Shown here one piece after another: positions 25,142 through 36,546 of a DNA stretch of 64,000 nucleotides; position 1 is the stretch's first letter, and each line of letters begins with the position of its first letter. The stretch is from Botryllus schlosseri (lineage: Eukaryota): contig CM119375.1 in assembly GCA_051294905.1 (NCBI GenBank), positions 9,548,001 to 9,612,000 of the forward strand, written 5' to 3'. The notes beneath the pieces are model-generated. The model made no database searches. It was not told the DNA's origin and saw only the letters and a program-made list of their open reading frames with translations. The translations under genes and the position numbers were made by a program.

Positions 25142-26183
25142 ATCTGACCTATGCAGCCTCAATGTAACGTGGCTGTGACCTGATTCAGGCTGCCCTGCTC
25201 GTTTATATGTAACTAGTGTTGCTATGCATTTTTTCAAATTACTCTCTCCCTTGAGAATTCGAGACTAACGTTTTCAAACAATTAGAGCCATTAATATAAG
25301 CTTTTTTCCTTGTTGACATGAATTATTATCCACAATTAATCTCTATTTATGTCCACATGATATGCCGGAACGTGGTATTGTCGGCACCATCCACATGAAA
25401 TAACTATTTTCTGTTAATGTTTTTAAATATCCAATTTGAATTTACATTTAAAACGAAAATATGTCCTAAACGATTTTTAAAGGATTAATTTTGAACGCGT
25501 GTGCTTTGTTGCTGCTACTACTTCAAATTGGGTCCATGTGACAGTCTCAGTTCCGGGTGCAATGATCACAGGCATAGCAAAAAGGGAGGGGTGGTAGGAA
25601 ATTATGGGAGAGTGGGCAATACCAGGGAGTCGAAATGCAATATTGGAGCCCTGGCTGCAAGATAACTTCATTTATAATTACTCCCAACGGGAGATGAGCG
25701 AAATACGTAGTTTTGCATTTAAAACAAAAATCAATTTAAAACAAACATGTTTAAAACAGGGTCATAATTTAAAACATGTTTTTTGTTGTTTTTTAGACAC
25801 GACGTCGATTATTTTCAATCGTGACGCCGCAATGGGCTGACATCGTTACATGGTTTCTTAAGAATTACAATTGAAAATATAGCTTTCAGTACAACATCCA
25901 TTGTAGTAGAAAATTTAATAAACTAGAAGACTTTTCGGGTGCCTCTTTTCAAGAGTCAACGGCAGAAAAAATTACTACAATGAGTGTTGCATTGAAAGCT
26001 ATATTCAAGTTCTGTACCACGGACCGGCTATTTAATTGAAAATATAGGGTAAATATGGATCATTTGGCGAGTTTCCGAGTCGTCTTCACCGGACCACAAA
26101 ACCTCTTTTACCAGGACTACATCGTCATGCAGCATTTTTTACGGTCAGCGGTCATCATCATCATAACATTAATTCCGACACAG

Positions 26184-26608
26184 CAGTGGTTCCCAACCGG
26201 TGGGGAATTGTCCATGCCCACTAGAGGGGAACAGACGCATTTGCAAAATAACTACATGCAATATATACATATGTACGGAGGCATAACACCACGATGACGG
26301 TTACTAGCTCACTGCTCTGGAATATGCGTAGGTAATTTTAACGCGTGTTGTCCACAAAAACTCATTTCGAACTCTGAATAACCAATATTGGGCACACAAA
26401 CACATTTACTAGATACGCAAGAATTTTTATGTTGCAGTAACAGGCGATTGTTCACTTCAACAGTCAGACGTTGCGAAACAAAGTCTAACCGAATTTTATT
26501 GGATGGAGGATTTCAAGTGTTCAATAGCGGGATTTTAGTTTGTAGGGAATAAAAGGAACTGAAAAAATCAGAAGTGGGGAATGAAGGAAAAAAGGTTGGG
26601 AACCACTG
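26184..26608. mobile_element. Buster-type hAT MITE (mirror 44009-44457)
   Basis: TIRs CAGTGGTTCCCAACC / GGTTGGGAACCACTG, degenerate TSD. Confidence 0.8.
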
Positions 26609-26707
26609 CAATACAGTGATATATAACTACATGTTATAATTGTTGAACCGACGACGATTTCGCGGGCTCCAGCCATTCCATGTCGTATACGTCGACTATA
26701 TCTAGAG

Positions 26708-27572
26708 CGGTGGTTCTCAACCTTTTTGTCTTCGCGGGCCCCTTTTGCACCTTAACCCCCCAAGTTTTAGTAAATATTTAGGTCAATAATAGTGCAAGCA
26801 TCATTTGACTTGTGCAAATACTAACTGCATGGTAGTAATCAACAGCAATAAAATGATTTTTCTTGAAAATAACATCGTAATATTTATATAGAAAGTGGGA
26901 AAACTTTTATTATTTCAAAGCGAATTCTGTAGCTGCGCGCGTTTCTTGAAATACGCGGCTGAATGATGAAAATCCGCGCCGTCGATTTGATATGTGCGAG
27001 TGCCGAAATACATTTCCACAAAGATGTTGGCGAATGTGATAATAATGCGTAACGCACCCGACGACACCTTCGGGTATTTGATCGCAAGTTGCAACATATA
27101 TCACACCAGAATTGAGAAGATATTGTTAATGAACATATAACGCCCAGCCTCGTCGTTTCTATCCATCAACCCATCAGTTCTTTTCAATATATCGCAATCC
27201 TGTGGTGTAATGATTTGATAATAATTTCAATAATACGGTGATGATGAAAAATGAAGTTATTCTGGAAAAGCGGTTATGTTTATCAAAGGAGAATATGGTT
27301 TTTGCAAACAAATCTTTCCAAAACCCAAACAAAACATCTCTAAACATTATGTTTAGACTATTGGCAATTAAAATGAGTTTGCACAGAATAATATTGCATA
27401 CTAGATGGCCATTCTGTTTATGTGGATCCCGAAGATTAAGCAGTTGTAGCGAAACTGCCTCGTGATGTCTCTTATTAAAAAATATACAAGCTAGGTTATC
27501 AATCACTTTGCAAATTTGGAGGCTCGCGGACCCCCTGAAACTGATTCGCGGACCCCCGGTTGAGAACCGTTG
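26708..27572. mobile_element. Buster-type hAT MITE (mirror 43136-43909)
   Basis: TIRs CGGTGGTTCTCAACC / GGTTGAGAACCGTTG, TSD ATCTAGAG/ATCTCGAA. Confidence 0.8.
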
Positions 27573-28007
27573 ATCTCGAATTCTTATACTACATCTTTTT
27601 GCATACAATATTATACAACTTTTTAAAAATATAATTATTTTTAACGACATGTGTTTTGAAACACCTCTTGTTTCAAATGCAGCCGTAGATATATACGACT
27701 GCATCCAGTCTCTCTTCTGACCAGCTTCCTCGCAACCATTTCCCCGATGCGTCCCAGCTGGCTAATCGACTGCAGTTTCTGTTGTAGGTTTGGTATTTCT
27801 GGTCATTAGACAGATCTTTGTTATTTGATTCCTTATCAGTCGACTTTTAACATGACCCTATTTCACTTTAGGTTTTTTTAAGATACCGAAGTTTGACAAT
27901 ATGTCTGCTCACGTAACGATAATTTGTTGATAGCCAATGCCAACGCGAGCGATAGATGAGATAATTATAGATATGTGGCGATTGGCTAGCACTTTCATTG
28001 CTTATAC

Positions 28008-28880
28008 CAGTGGTTCTTAACCTGGGGGTAATTACCCCCAAAGGGGTAATTTCCAATTTTAGGGGGGTAATTCAAATTTACATTTTTATAAACTTGCACT
28101 GAAATATTTTCAAACGTAAATACGAATGTAGGCTAACATATAATTTTGTGAGCTTGTATATATTTTGTTTCACTTAACACACCATGCCTGCTGTGATATC
28201 ATAGTAAACGCTAGTGGTTATAAACAACAGGGTCTAATCTAGTTTAGTATAGTGCTAGGTAAGTCCAATTTATTTTGCAGTACTGCGGATCATATAATGT
28301 TAAGCATGCTGGCAAATTGAAAGACAACCAGGGGCGTCTATAGGTTCAGCTTTAACCCTATAATGCAGCAACAATATCGTAGAAATATAGTTGCTAGTAT
28401 TGAAAAGTGAAGTGGTCTAGCCAGAAAAATTAGGTTCGACATTAAAATGCCTTCCAAGAAACGAGGGGAAGATATTGGAACTTTTTGGGTTCGCCTTCAA
28501 AATGAGTAACCAATCTTCGTCATAATGGCATTGAACTTTATGATTGAATTTCCTTCAACTTGATGTGAAATAGGATTTTCTGCAACGGTATCTATCAAAA
28601 GGAAATATCGAAATAAGTCTGCGATTGACAATTACATCAGTCTATTATCCTCCCATTTTGGTAGATGTGACCACTTGATACCGGTTACACAAAAACAGCA
28701 TCAGCCTTTGACTGGATATTCCAACAGGCATTTCAGTGTACATTGTGACGTCACCTCGCGTTATTTTACAATTAATTAGGTGCAAGCTGCAGCCGAATTT
28801 GTTATTTTTTGAAAAGGGGTAATTGCATCTCCTCATTTTCTTCTTGGGGGTAAAGATATGAAAAAGGCTAAGACCCACTG
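28008..28880. mobile_element. Buster-type hAT MITE, left arm only
   Basis: TIRs CAGTGGTTCTTAACC / GGCTAAGACCCACTG, perfect TSD GCTTATAC. No counterpart in the right arm. Confidence 0.88.
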
Positions 28881-29084
28881 GCTTATACTACCTAATTCTT
28901 CGTCGATCTGAGGCATGTTGTTTGGTAACCTTTAGCGTAATAATGATTTATTGATAGCCATTACCAATACGGGCGCGAGTTGGGAGAATGATCGATATGC
29001 GGGGATCGACCTCACTTTCATCGATACTAATGCAGTATTTATGCTGACCGATTCTTTGTTTATTTATTATAGTTGTGCTCACCG

Positions 29085-29395
29085 TAAATACTATTTTATT
29101 CAAATCCAAATTTTTCGACGGCAATAACTCCGCTTCCACTGGTTGGAATTGAACCACATTTTGTGAGAATCGTTTCTATAGACAGCCTAACACTTTCATG
29201 GGGTGAACAGAAAATTTTCAAATTTTTTATTATTTATTTTTATATAATAAATAGAAACTTTCTTCTCCTGTAGCAAAGCGGTTACTGGCTGGAATTGAAC
29301 CAAATTTTGTGTGTAGGCTTAAATTAGGCAGCCTAACAATTTTATCAAGTAGCCAGTACGATTTGAGAAAAAAAGTCATTTTTGAAGAGCCCTAA
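29085..29395 (-). mobile_element. TAGGGCTGTTCAAAAA-family element
   Basis: Homologous to 16440-16718, ending TTTTTGAAGAGCCCTA. Confidence 0.7.
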
Positions 29396-31095
29396 TGTAC
29401 ATTGCCGAGAATGTATGTTACCAAGAATGCTATTACCGAGAATGGACATTGACATTACATTACACTTTCAGACAATGCTGTGATTTGATTCATAGATATT
29501 TCATATGCATTAACTTACATAGGCTAGCATAGTGGAAAATAGAATCAAAACTATAACTCTATTTGACAAATTAACTATTAATGGCAAGGAGCGTATAATT
29601 TCAGTACTCGAAAAAATCGTCTCGGTGCTCGAAGCATTGTGTGCAGCTGGGGCCCCGGCCCAGCCCCCCATATATTTTTAGTGGCAATAAGTACATCGCA
29701 TCCACATTCACAAAGAGGGAAATCTCTTCTTTCCAAATGCCTTGAGTAGGTCCCGTTGTCTAAGTACTGCAACTGCAATTCGGATTCATGAGTGCCATTC
29801 CTTCGTTCACCGCGTCAGAAGAACGCCTTCAGCGACAAAGAAACCGCAACAGCTACTGACAGCTATGCTAAATGAATCAGAGTGACCTCAGTAATCTCAG
29901 CTAAACTCGGTGTTGATTTGAACAGATAGTTTCGCTACATTACAGATACCTCTCAGAATGATTTTTTATACGATATGCAATATTCCAGATCAACCTCAGA
30001 GCTCAATTGTCTCTTCGCTCATCACCACAATGGTTTGCAGGAACATGTTCGTTACATTCCTGATCGTTCTCAGACCGATTATGCAAAACTCTGACCGAAG
30101 GCTATTCATATAAACATACCGTAGCGTACATCTGAAGTACATCTGAAGATATTACGGCTGACGTGAAAGATGTTGAAAATGCATATGAATTAAGTTTGCA
30201 AGTTTTATTTTTGTGTCTCTGACATGGGCTATGACTGCATAACAGAAAAAAGGACTCAATATACATATGTTTCCGAATAAGTATGTATGAAAGCTATTCA
30301 TGAGAACAAACTGTAACTGTTTATGACTAATAGATCGGTAGATATCGCGGTATATGTGTGACGATACGCTCAAAGTGACGAGGGCAGCAGCAATCAGTTA
30401 ATAAAACTTTTTACAAAGGTGATGAAAGGTTAAACTGTAAAAATTATCGTTTAGCTTTTGATTAACAGAGTTCATTAGTTCGACACATCTTTCAGATGCT
30501 GTATTCGGTTCGGTCGATGACCAATCAGTGTTTTCTCTGGTGGACACCACCCCATCAAGCCGGACATATTGGCCCTTGCGCTCCAGGTCATTCAGTCCGA
30601 TTCAGATACCTCCCGATCCCGATGACCGCACTATACCTTGGATTTTACACTTCTGTATCAGAATTTCATCGGTTTACCGTTCTATATATATAACCCAGTT
30701 CAGCCCTGGTATACATCTACATAAAAAATGATATAGTTGACTCGTTGGTGGATATTTGGAAAATACGCGATTTTCATTTACAACGCCCTTATAAATGGCG
30801 CCTGGATAGGCCTATTTTATCAAAATACTTACTCCCGCACAGCTGGAATACGCATTCCTACGCACGCGAGCGTCGACTGGGCAGCTTCGCATGCCACCCT
30901 CGCCTCCTGATAGGTTTTTCCCTCCTGAAATAGCTTGTAGCCGTATATGTTTAATTCGTGAGATATCCATGTCCAATCTCGATGCGTTAATATTTCAATC
31001 GTCATCAACTCTGCATAACAGTTACGTATTTCACATATTAGCATGAACGAAAAGTAATGTAATGAATCTGGCGATACAATACTTACCATATAGAC

Positions 31096-32114
31096 CAGGG
31101 GTCGGGAACCTTTTTCGTCCGAAGAGCCATACTGACCCTATATTTGCCATTTTAACTCCCAAAGAGCCATACATTTTAATCAAATACTACGTCACAATTG
31201 TAGAATCGTGACGTCATGGTAGCGCCACACATGGGATTCCTCGTTTGCACCGTATATTATCTGTAACAACTCGTACTAATCATGCTAAACATTATCACTA
31301 CACAGCAGCATACATAACCACTGTAATGTGTGATGCGTCAGTGACGTGGTGTCAGAGGATGCACGTGAGGCAGTGCCTTACCTGTCTACTAGATTTTGAA
31401 TATTTTTACTACGAAATTCACAACTTGTCTATTTATTGTTCGAAAATATAGCGTGACAGGAGAGGTAAGGCATTGGTAAGGCACGGCCGGGATTAGCGTA
31501 GCGCAATTGATCATGACTATCATAAAATTTATAAAAACTGATAAATAATCGAATGTAATTGTCGAGTCCGATTCGATTTCTCAATTCTCAAAGTACTCGG
31601 TGGTAACACAACGTTGTGCCACACGCCTACATTTGAACAGCAACTACAAAGCAACTACGATACGTTGAATTTGTAAATGTAAATGTCACTATCACGTCAG
31701 TTCACTGCTCGCCGTAGATCAAGAAGACAATGTGCATTTGAAAACTGCATTGTCACATAGGCGTCGCCTTGTCTGCTATTTTCATTGATCAATCAAGGTA
31801 TCGTGCAATTCGAGATTTGGAATCGGATACATCCAAATTCGGGAGTGATATTAGTCGCAGGCGAGACAGCAACTTAAATTTGAAGATTTTGAAAAGGGGT
31901 CCGAGCCCCTAACCGCGAATACGCAAATGTATTAACCTCTCAAGGGCATATTTATACTGTCACAAAAATATTTGTACTGGTCGTGTTGAAGATTTATTAA
32001 CAAATTGCTGCAATATTGATAAATGAAGCACATATATAAAAGTTTCGCAAAGAGCCATACTTTATGCCCAACATAGCCATATATGGCTCGCGAGCCATAG
32101 GTTCCCGACCACTG
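31096..32114. mobile_element. Buster-type hAT MITE (mirror 37128-38146)
   Basis: TIRs CAGGGGTCGGGAACC / GGTTCCCGACCACTG, TSD ATATAGAC. Confidence 0.92.
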
Positions 32115-32202
32115 ATATAGACCTACTTCTCTCGATGAAGTCAGTCCTACAAATCATTATGATTACCAAAACTTACCCCGCTGAATTTGGATCCTTATAA
32201 AG

Positions 32203-32680
32203 CAGGGGCGGGCAATTTCTCCATTCAGCGGGCAGGATATAGGAAAATTAAGTACTCGGCGGGCCGGATTGCTGAATCGATACATTATTCGCTCATTTAT
32301 CCTCATATGCAAGGAATAAATCGTATTTAATGAATGATGTATTTTACCGACATCAATGTCACTTCAAGGCCATATCTCGCCGAACACAATGTGGCAAAGA
32401 ACTTCTCTTTAATCAACACACGATGCAATCCCTAATTAAGATTTCGTGGCGTTCGATAAGCCCGGTTCCCCAAATTTACCACGAAATCAATTCAGTAGGG
32501 TTGAGTATATGGTAAATGCCGATAATGCAAATCTTCTCGTTTTGACGAACAAGCTCTACTCTCGCCCGCTGCGCACACACTCATATATTATTTCATACAG
32601 TCACTAAAATTTGACGTCATGTAAGACGGGAAACTGTCCACGGGCCGGATGGCCCGCGGGCCGTATTTTGCCCGCCCCTG
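32203..32680. mobile_element. Buster-type hAT MITE (mirror 36562-37039; partial relative at ~39147-39330)
   Basis: TIRs CAGGGGCGGGCAA / TTGCCCGCCCCTG, near-match TSD. Confidence 0.85.
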
Positions 32681-33114
32681 TTATCAAAGATGTTGCTAGA
32701 TTTACTGTTGTAACGTATTTCTACCTTTAGCTATTATTAGTTATCATCGGGCCGCATTATTTTTGGCATATCACAAAAATACCAAAAATAGCTTATTTTT
32801 GACATTTTGCAGATTTTATTTTCGCAAGATTTGGCATCACCAGGAATATATATTTGTATACTCGAATTAACGTTGTAAAACGCTATGTAGTGTAATCTAT
32901 CATATTAAACGAAAGTTGCAAAACGTGCACTATCCACTTCGTGTCATCAAACCGCGGTATAGTAAAAACCGAATTGACAACGGTGTTGGAAAGTCAATTC
33001 ACCCAATACAAAACAGACCGACTGCTTTTGCAATATCTAATTCGAATAGTGATTCGAAATGCATTCATAATTACCTGGATTCACATTTGAATCACAGCCC
33101 TTCACTCTCTAACC

Positions 33115-34255
33115 CAGGGGTTCTCAGCCGTTTCTTGGCCGTGGCCCATTTTCCGGTTTAAAAATGTGCTGTGGCCCACCTGATATCTTAGAGTCATAAT
33201 CTTGTTTAATGCGTGGTCATGGACAGCGCCGATATGCCTATTTCTCTAATATGTGCGCATTTTTCTTTAACTGATGATATTTAAATCTCGATCTCTCGGG
33301 ATATGAAATCGCGCGAAGCGCGAAAAAAGAATTTCAAGTTGAATAAATATCCTCCAACAAAAGATCAACGAAATAATCTTGGGCCCTTCGAGTTCCCCCA
33401 ATTCGGGGTGTGGGTGCGGCAGTTACGGCTCTGGTAGATCATAAGCTAAAACTCCTAAGTAGATTATTTTCGTCCGCTGCTCCATTCGCGTCGCGAAACA
33501 CAATGATCAGATCCCCGCACTGCGTGATTGGGACTTTAGTGATCAATATGCATGATGTACTTTGTATGTCTTGCACCAAAACAACTTAAGTTGCGATGTC
33601 AGAATATTCAATCCAATGATACAATCTATTCCTGTGACTCTTTCATTATGTACAATGATTTCCAGGCCGGACATTTTAAACCGACTTCAAAGATTAATGC
33701 GCTCCGATAAATCCTCAATCCATTAAGATTCGTTGCGGTGGTGCAGTATACCTCCACCAGAAGTTGCTAATAATTTGCAATTACGTCTATTTGTAGCTTA
33801 CAATAATACGGCCGGCCAAAGTACAGTAAATCTGTACATCAATTGCACTTCATTGCGAGTTCATTGTATACCCCTTTCAACGGCATACGACATATGACCC
33901 CGCCGGAATACCTGGTTACTTCAGCATTATATTCCAGTTATTATACGCTTGAAATTATTTTAGTTGCTGTTAGCCGTAGGTTGTCGTATCCAGTAGAAAA
34001 AGCCACCGTTTCTCCCTAACGTTTTCGATTTGTACATGCTGACTTCATACGTGCCACTACGTCTAATCAGAGTCGGATGAAAAGCTTTATGTAGCCTACG
34101 TATAATTATATAATACGAATATATTTTTAGCGAATAACATAAGAAATATAACTAAGCTTACATTAATTCTGAAATTTTCTTAATAGCTCTGTGGCCCACC
34201 TCAAAATGCTCTGTGGCCCACCAGTGGGCCATGGCCCACCCTTTGAGAACCCCTG
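33115..34255. mobile_element. Buster-type hAT MITE (mirror 34987-36127)
   Basis: TIRs CAGGGGTTCTCA / GAGAACCCCTG, TSD CTCTAACC (GGTTAGAG on the mirror copy). Confidence 0.9.
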
Positions 34256-34481
34256 CTCTAACCAATGGTTAAAAATCACGAGTGGCTTTAATATTCAACA
34301 TAATATGAAAAAATATCCAAAGGACAAACAAAAAAACAAAAAAGTACTCAATGTTCGCAGGCCTGTATATAGTAGGCATTGAGGGGGGTTACTTCTTGGC
34401 GACTGAGGCATTCTGCACTGTGTAAATGTGTAAGTGTAGCTTAATTGTTCACGGATGAAACTAAATCCCTATTGTCTAGGG

Positions 34482-34760
34482 CAGGGGTGTCAAACTCAAA
34501 TTGCGTCGCGGGCCGGATTCAAGCCTTCAAATCGCTCGCGGGCCGGATCAATCAACAGATTCCAAAATGTTCCTCATGCTCTTGCTTTTCACTAGATTAA
34601 AAGCATATATATATAAAGCAAATACATATATATATATGCTTTTAATCTAGTGAAAAGCAAGAGCATGAGGAACATTTTGGAATCTGTTGATTGATCCGGC
34701 CCGCGAGCGATTTGAAGGCTTGAATCCGGCCCGCGACGCAATTTGAGTTTGACACCCCTG
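34482..34760. mobile_element. One hAT MITE end duplicated head-to-head at the palindrome axis
   Basis: CAGGGGTGTCAAACTC...(AT)n | 11-nt spacer | mirror image. The flanks GTCTAGGG and CCCTAGAC are inverted rather than direct, so this is not an intact insertion. Confidence 0.8.
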
Positions 34761-36546
34761 CCCTAGACAATAGGGATTTAGTTTCATCCGTGAACAATTA
34801 AGCTACACTTACACATTTACACAGTGCAGAATGCCTCAGTCGCCAAGAAGTAACCCCCCTCAATGCCTACTATATACAGGCCTGCGAACATTGAGTACTT
34901 TTTTGTTTTTTTGTTTGTCCTTTGGATATTTTTTCATATTATGTTGAATATTAAAGCCACTCGTGATTTTTAACCATTGGTTAGAGCAGGGGTTCTCAAA
35001 GGGTGGGCCATGGCCCACTGGTGGGCCACAGAGCATTTTGAGGTGGGCCACAGAGCTATTAAGAAAATTTCAGAATTAATGTAAGCTTAGTTATATTTCT
35101 TATGTTATTCGCTAAAAATATATTCGTATTATATAATTATACGTAGGCTACATAAAGCTTTTCATCCGACTCTGATTAGACGTAGTGGCACGTATGAAGT
35201 CAGCATGTACAAATCGAAAACGTTAGGGAGAAACGGTGGCTTTTTCTACTGGATACGACAACCTACGGCTAACAGCAACTAAAATAATTTCAAGCGTATA
35301 ATAACTGGAATATAATGCTGAAGTAACCAGGTATTCCGGCGGGGTCATATGTCGTATGCCGTTGAAAGGGGTATACAATGAACTCGCAATGAAGTGCAAT
35401 TGATGTACAGATTTACTGTACTTTGGCCGGCCGTATTATTGTAAGCTACAAATAGACGTAATTGCAAATTATTAGCAACTTCTGGTGGAGGTATACTGCA
35501 CCACCGCAACGAATCTTAATGGATTGAGGATTTATCGGAGCGCATTAATCTTTGAAGTCGGTTTAAAATGTCCGGCCTGGAAATCATTGTACATAATGAA
35601 AGAGTCACAGGAATAGATTGTATCATTGGATTGAATATTCTGACATCGCAACTTAAGTTGTTTTGGTGCAAGACATACAAAGTACATCATGCATATTGAT
35701 CACTAAAGTCCCAATCACGCAGTGCGGGGATCTGATCATTGTGTTTCGCGACGCGAATGGAGCAGCGGACGAAAATAATCTACTTAGGAGTTTTAGCTTA
35801 TGATCTACCAGAGCCGTAACTGCCGCACCCACACCCCGAATTGGGGGAACTCGAAGGGCCCAAGATTATTTCGTTGATCTTTTGTTGGAGGATATTTATT
35901 CAACTTGAAATTCTTTTTTCGCGCTTCGCGCGATTTCATATCCCGAGAGATCGAGATTTAAATATCATCAGTTAAAGAAAAATGCGCACATATTAGAGAA
36001 ATAGGCATATCGGCGCTGTCCATGACCACGCATTAAACAAGATTATGACTCTAAGATATCAGGTGGGCCACAGCACATTTTTAAACCGGAAAATGGGCCA
36101 CGGCCAAGAAACGGCTGAGAACCCCTGGGTTAGAGAGTGAAGGGCTGTGATTCAAATGTGAATCCAGGTAATTATGAATGCATTTCGAATCACTATTCGA
36201 ATTAGATATTGCAAAAGCAGTCGGTCTGTTTTGTATTGGGTGAATTGACTTTCCAACACCGTTGTCAATTCGGTTTTTACTATACCGCGGTTTGATGACA
36301 CGAAGTGGATAGTGCACGTTTTGCAACTTTCGTTTAATATGATAGATTACACTACATAGCGTTTTACAACGTTAATTCGAGTATACAAATATATATTCCT
36401 GGTGATGCCAAATCTTGCGAAAATAAAATCTGCAAAATGTCAAAAATAAGCTATTTTTGGTATTTTTGTGATATGCCAAAAATAATGCGGCCCGATGATG
36501 ACTAATAATAGCTAAAGGTAGAAATACGTTACAACAGTAAATCTAG

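Larger units (their letters stand above)
30398..32695 (-). pseudogene. EPN-type C-type lectin C-left, 5'-truncated
   Basis: CTLD exons 31010-30833 and 30652-30398 (WSSTEPN). Frameshift at the start of the last exon, W-to-TGA at 30602-30604, and loss of the Cys after LND. The two upstream micro-exons are split by MITEs, and no signal or collagen exon was found. Confidence 0.85.

Noticed and set aside
24707-25237. 176-aa ORF (and its mirror 45239-45769) as a single-exon collagen protein
   Set aside because: Only 25141-24877 looks coding. It has an acceptor just before the ATG and a GT donor after SQ, and it splices in phase to the CTLD exons.
27174-27704. 176-aa ORF and the other short ORFs in MITE, SINE and intron regions
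   Set aside because: They lie within or straddle repeat elements, have AT-rich composition and show no domain motifs.
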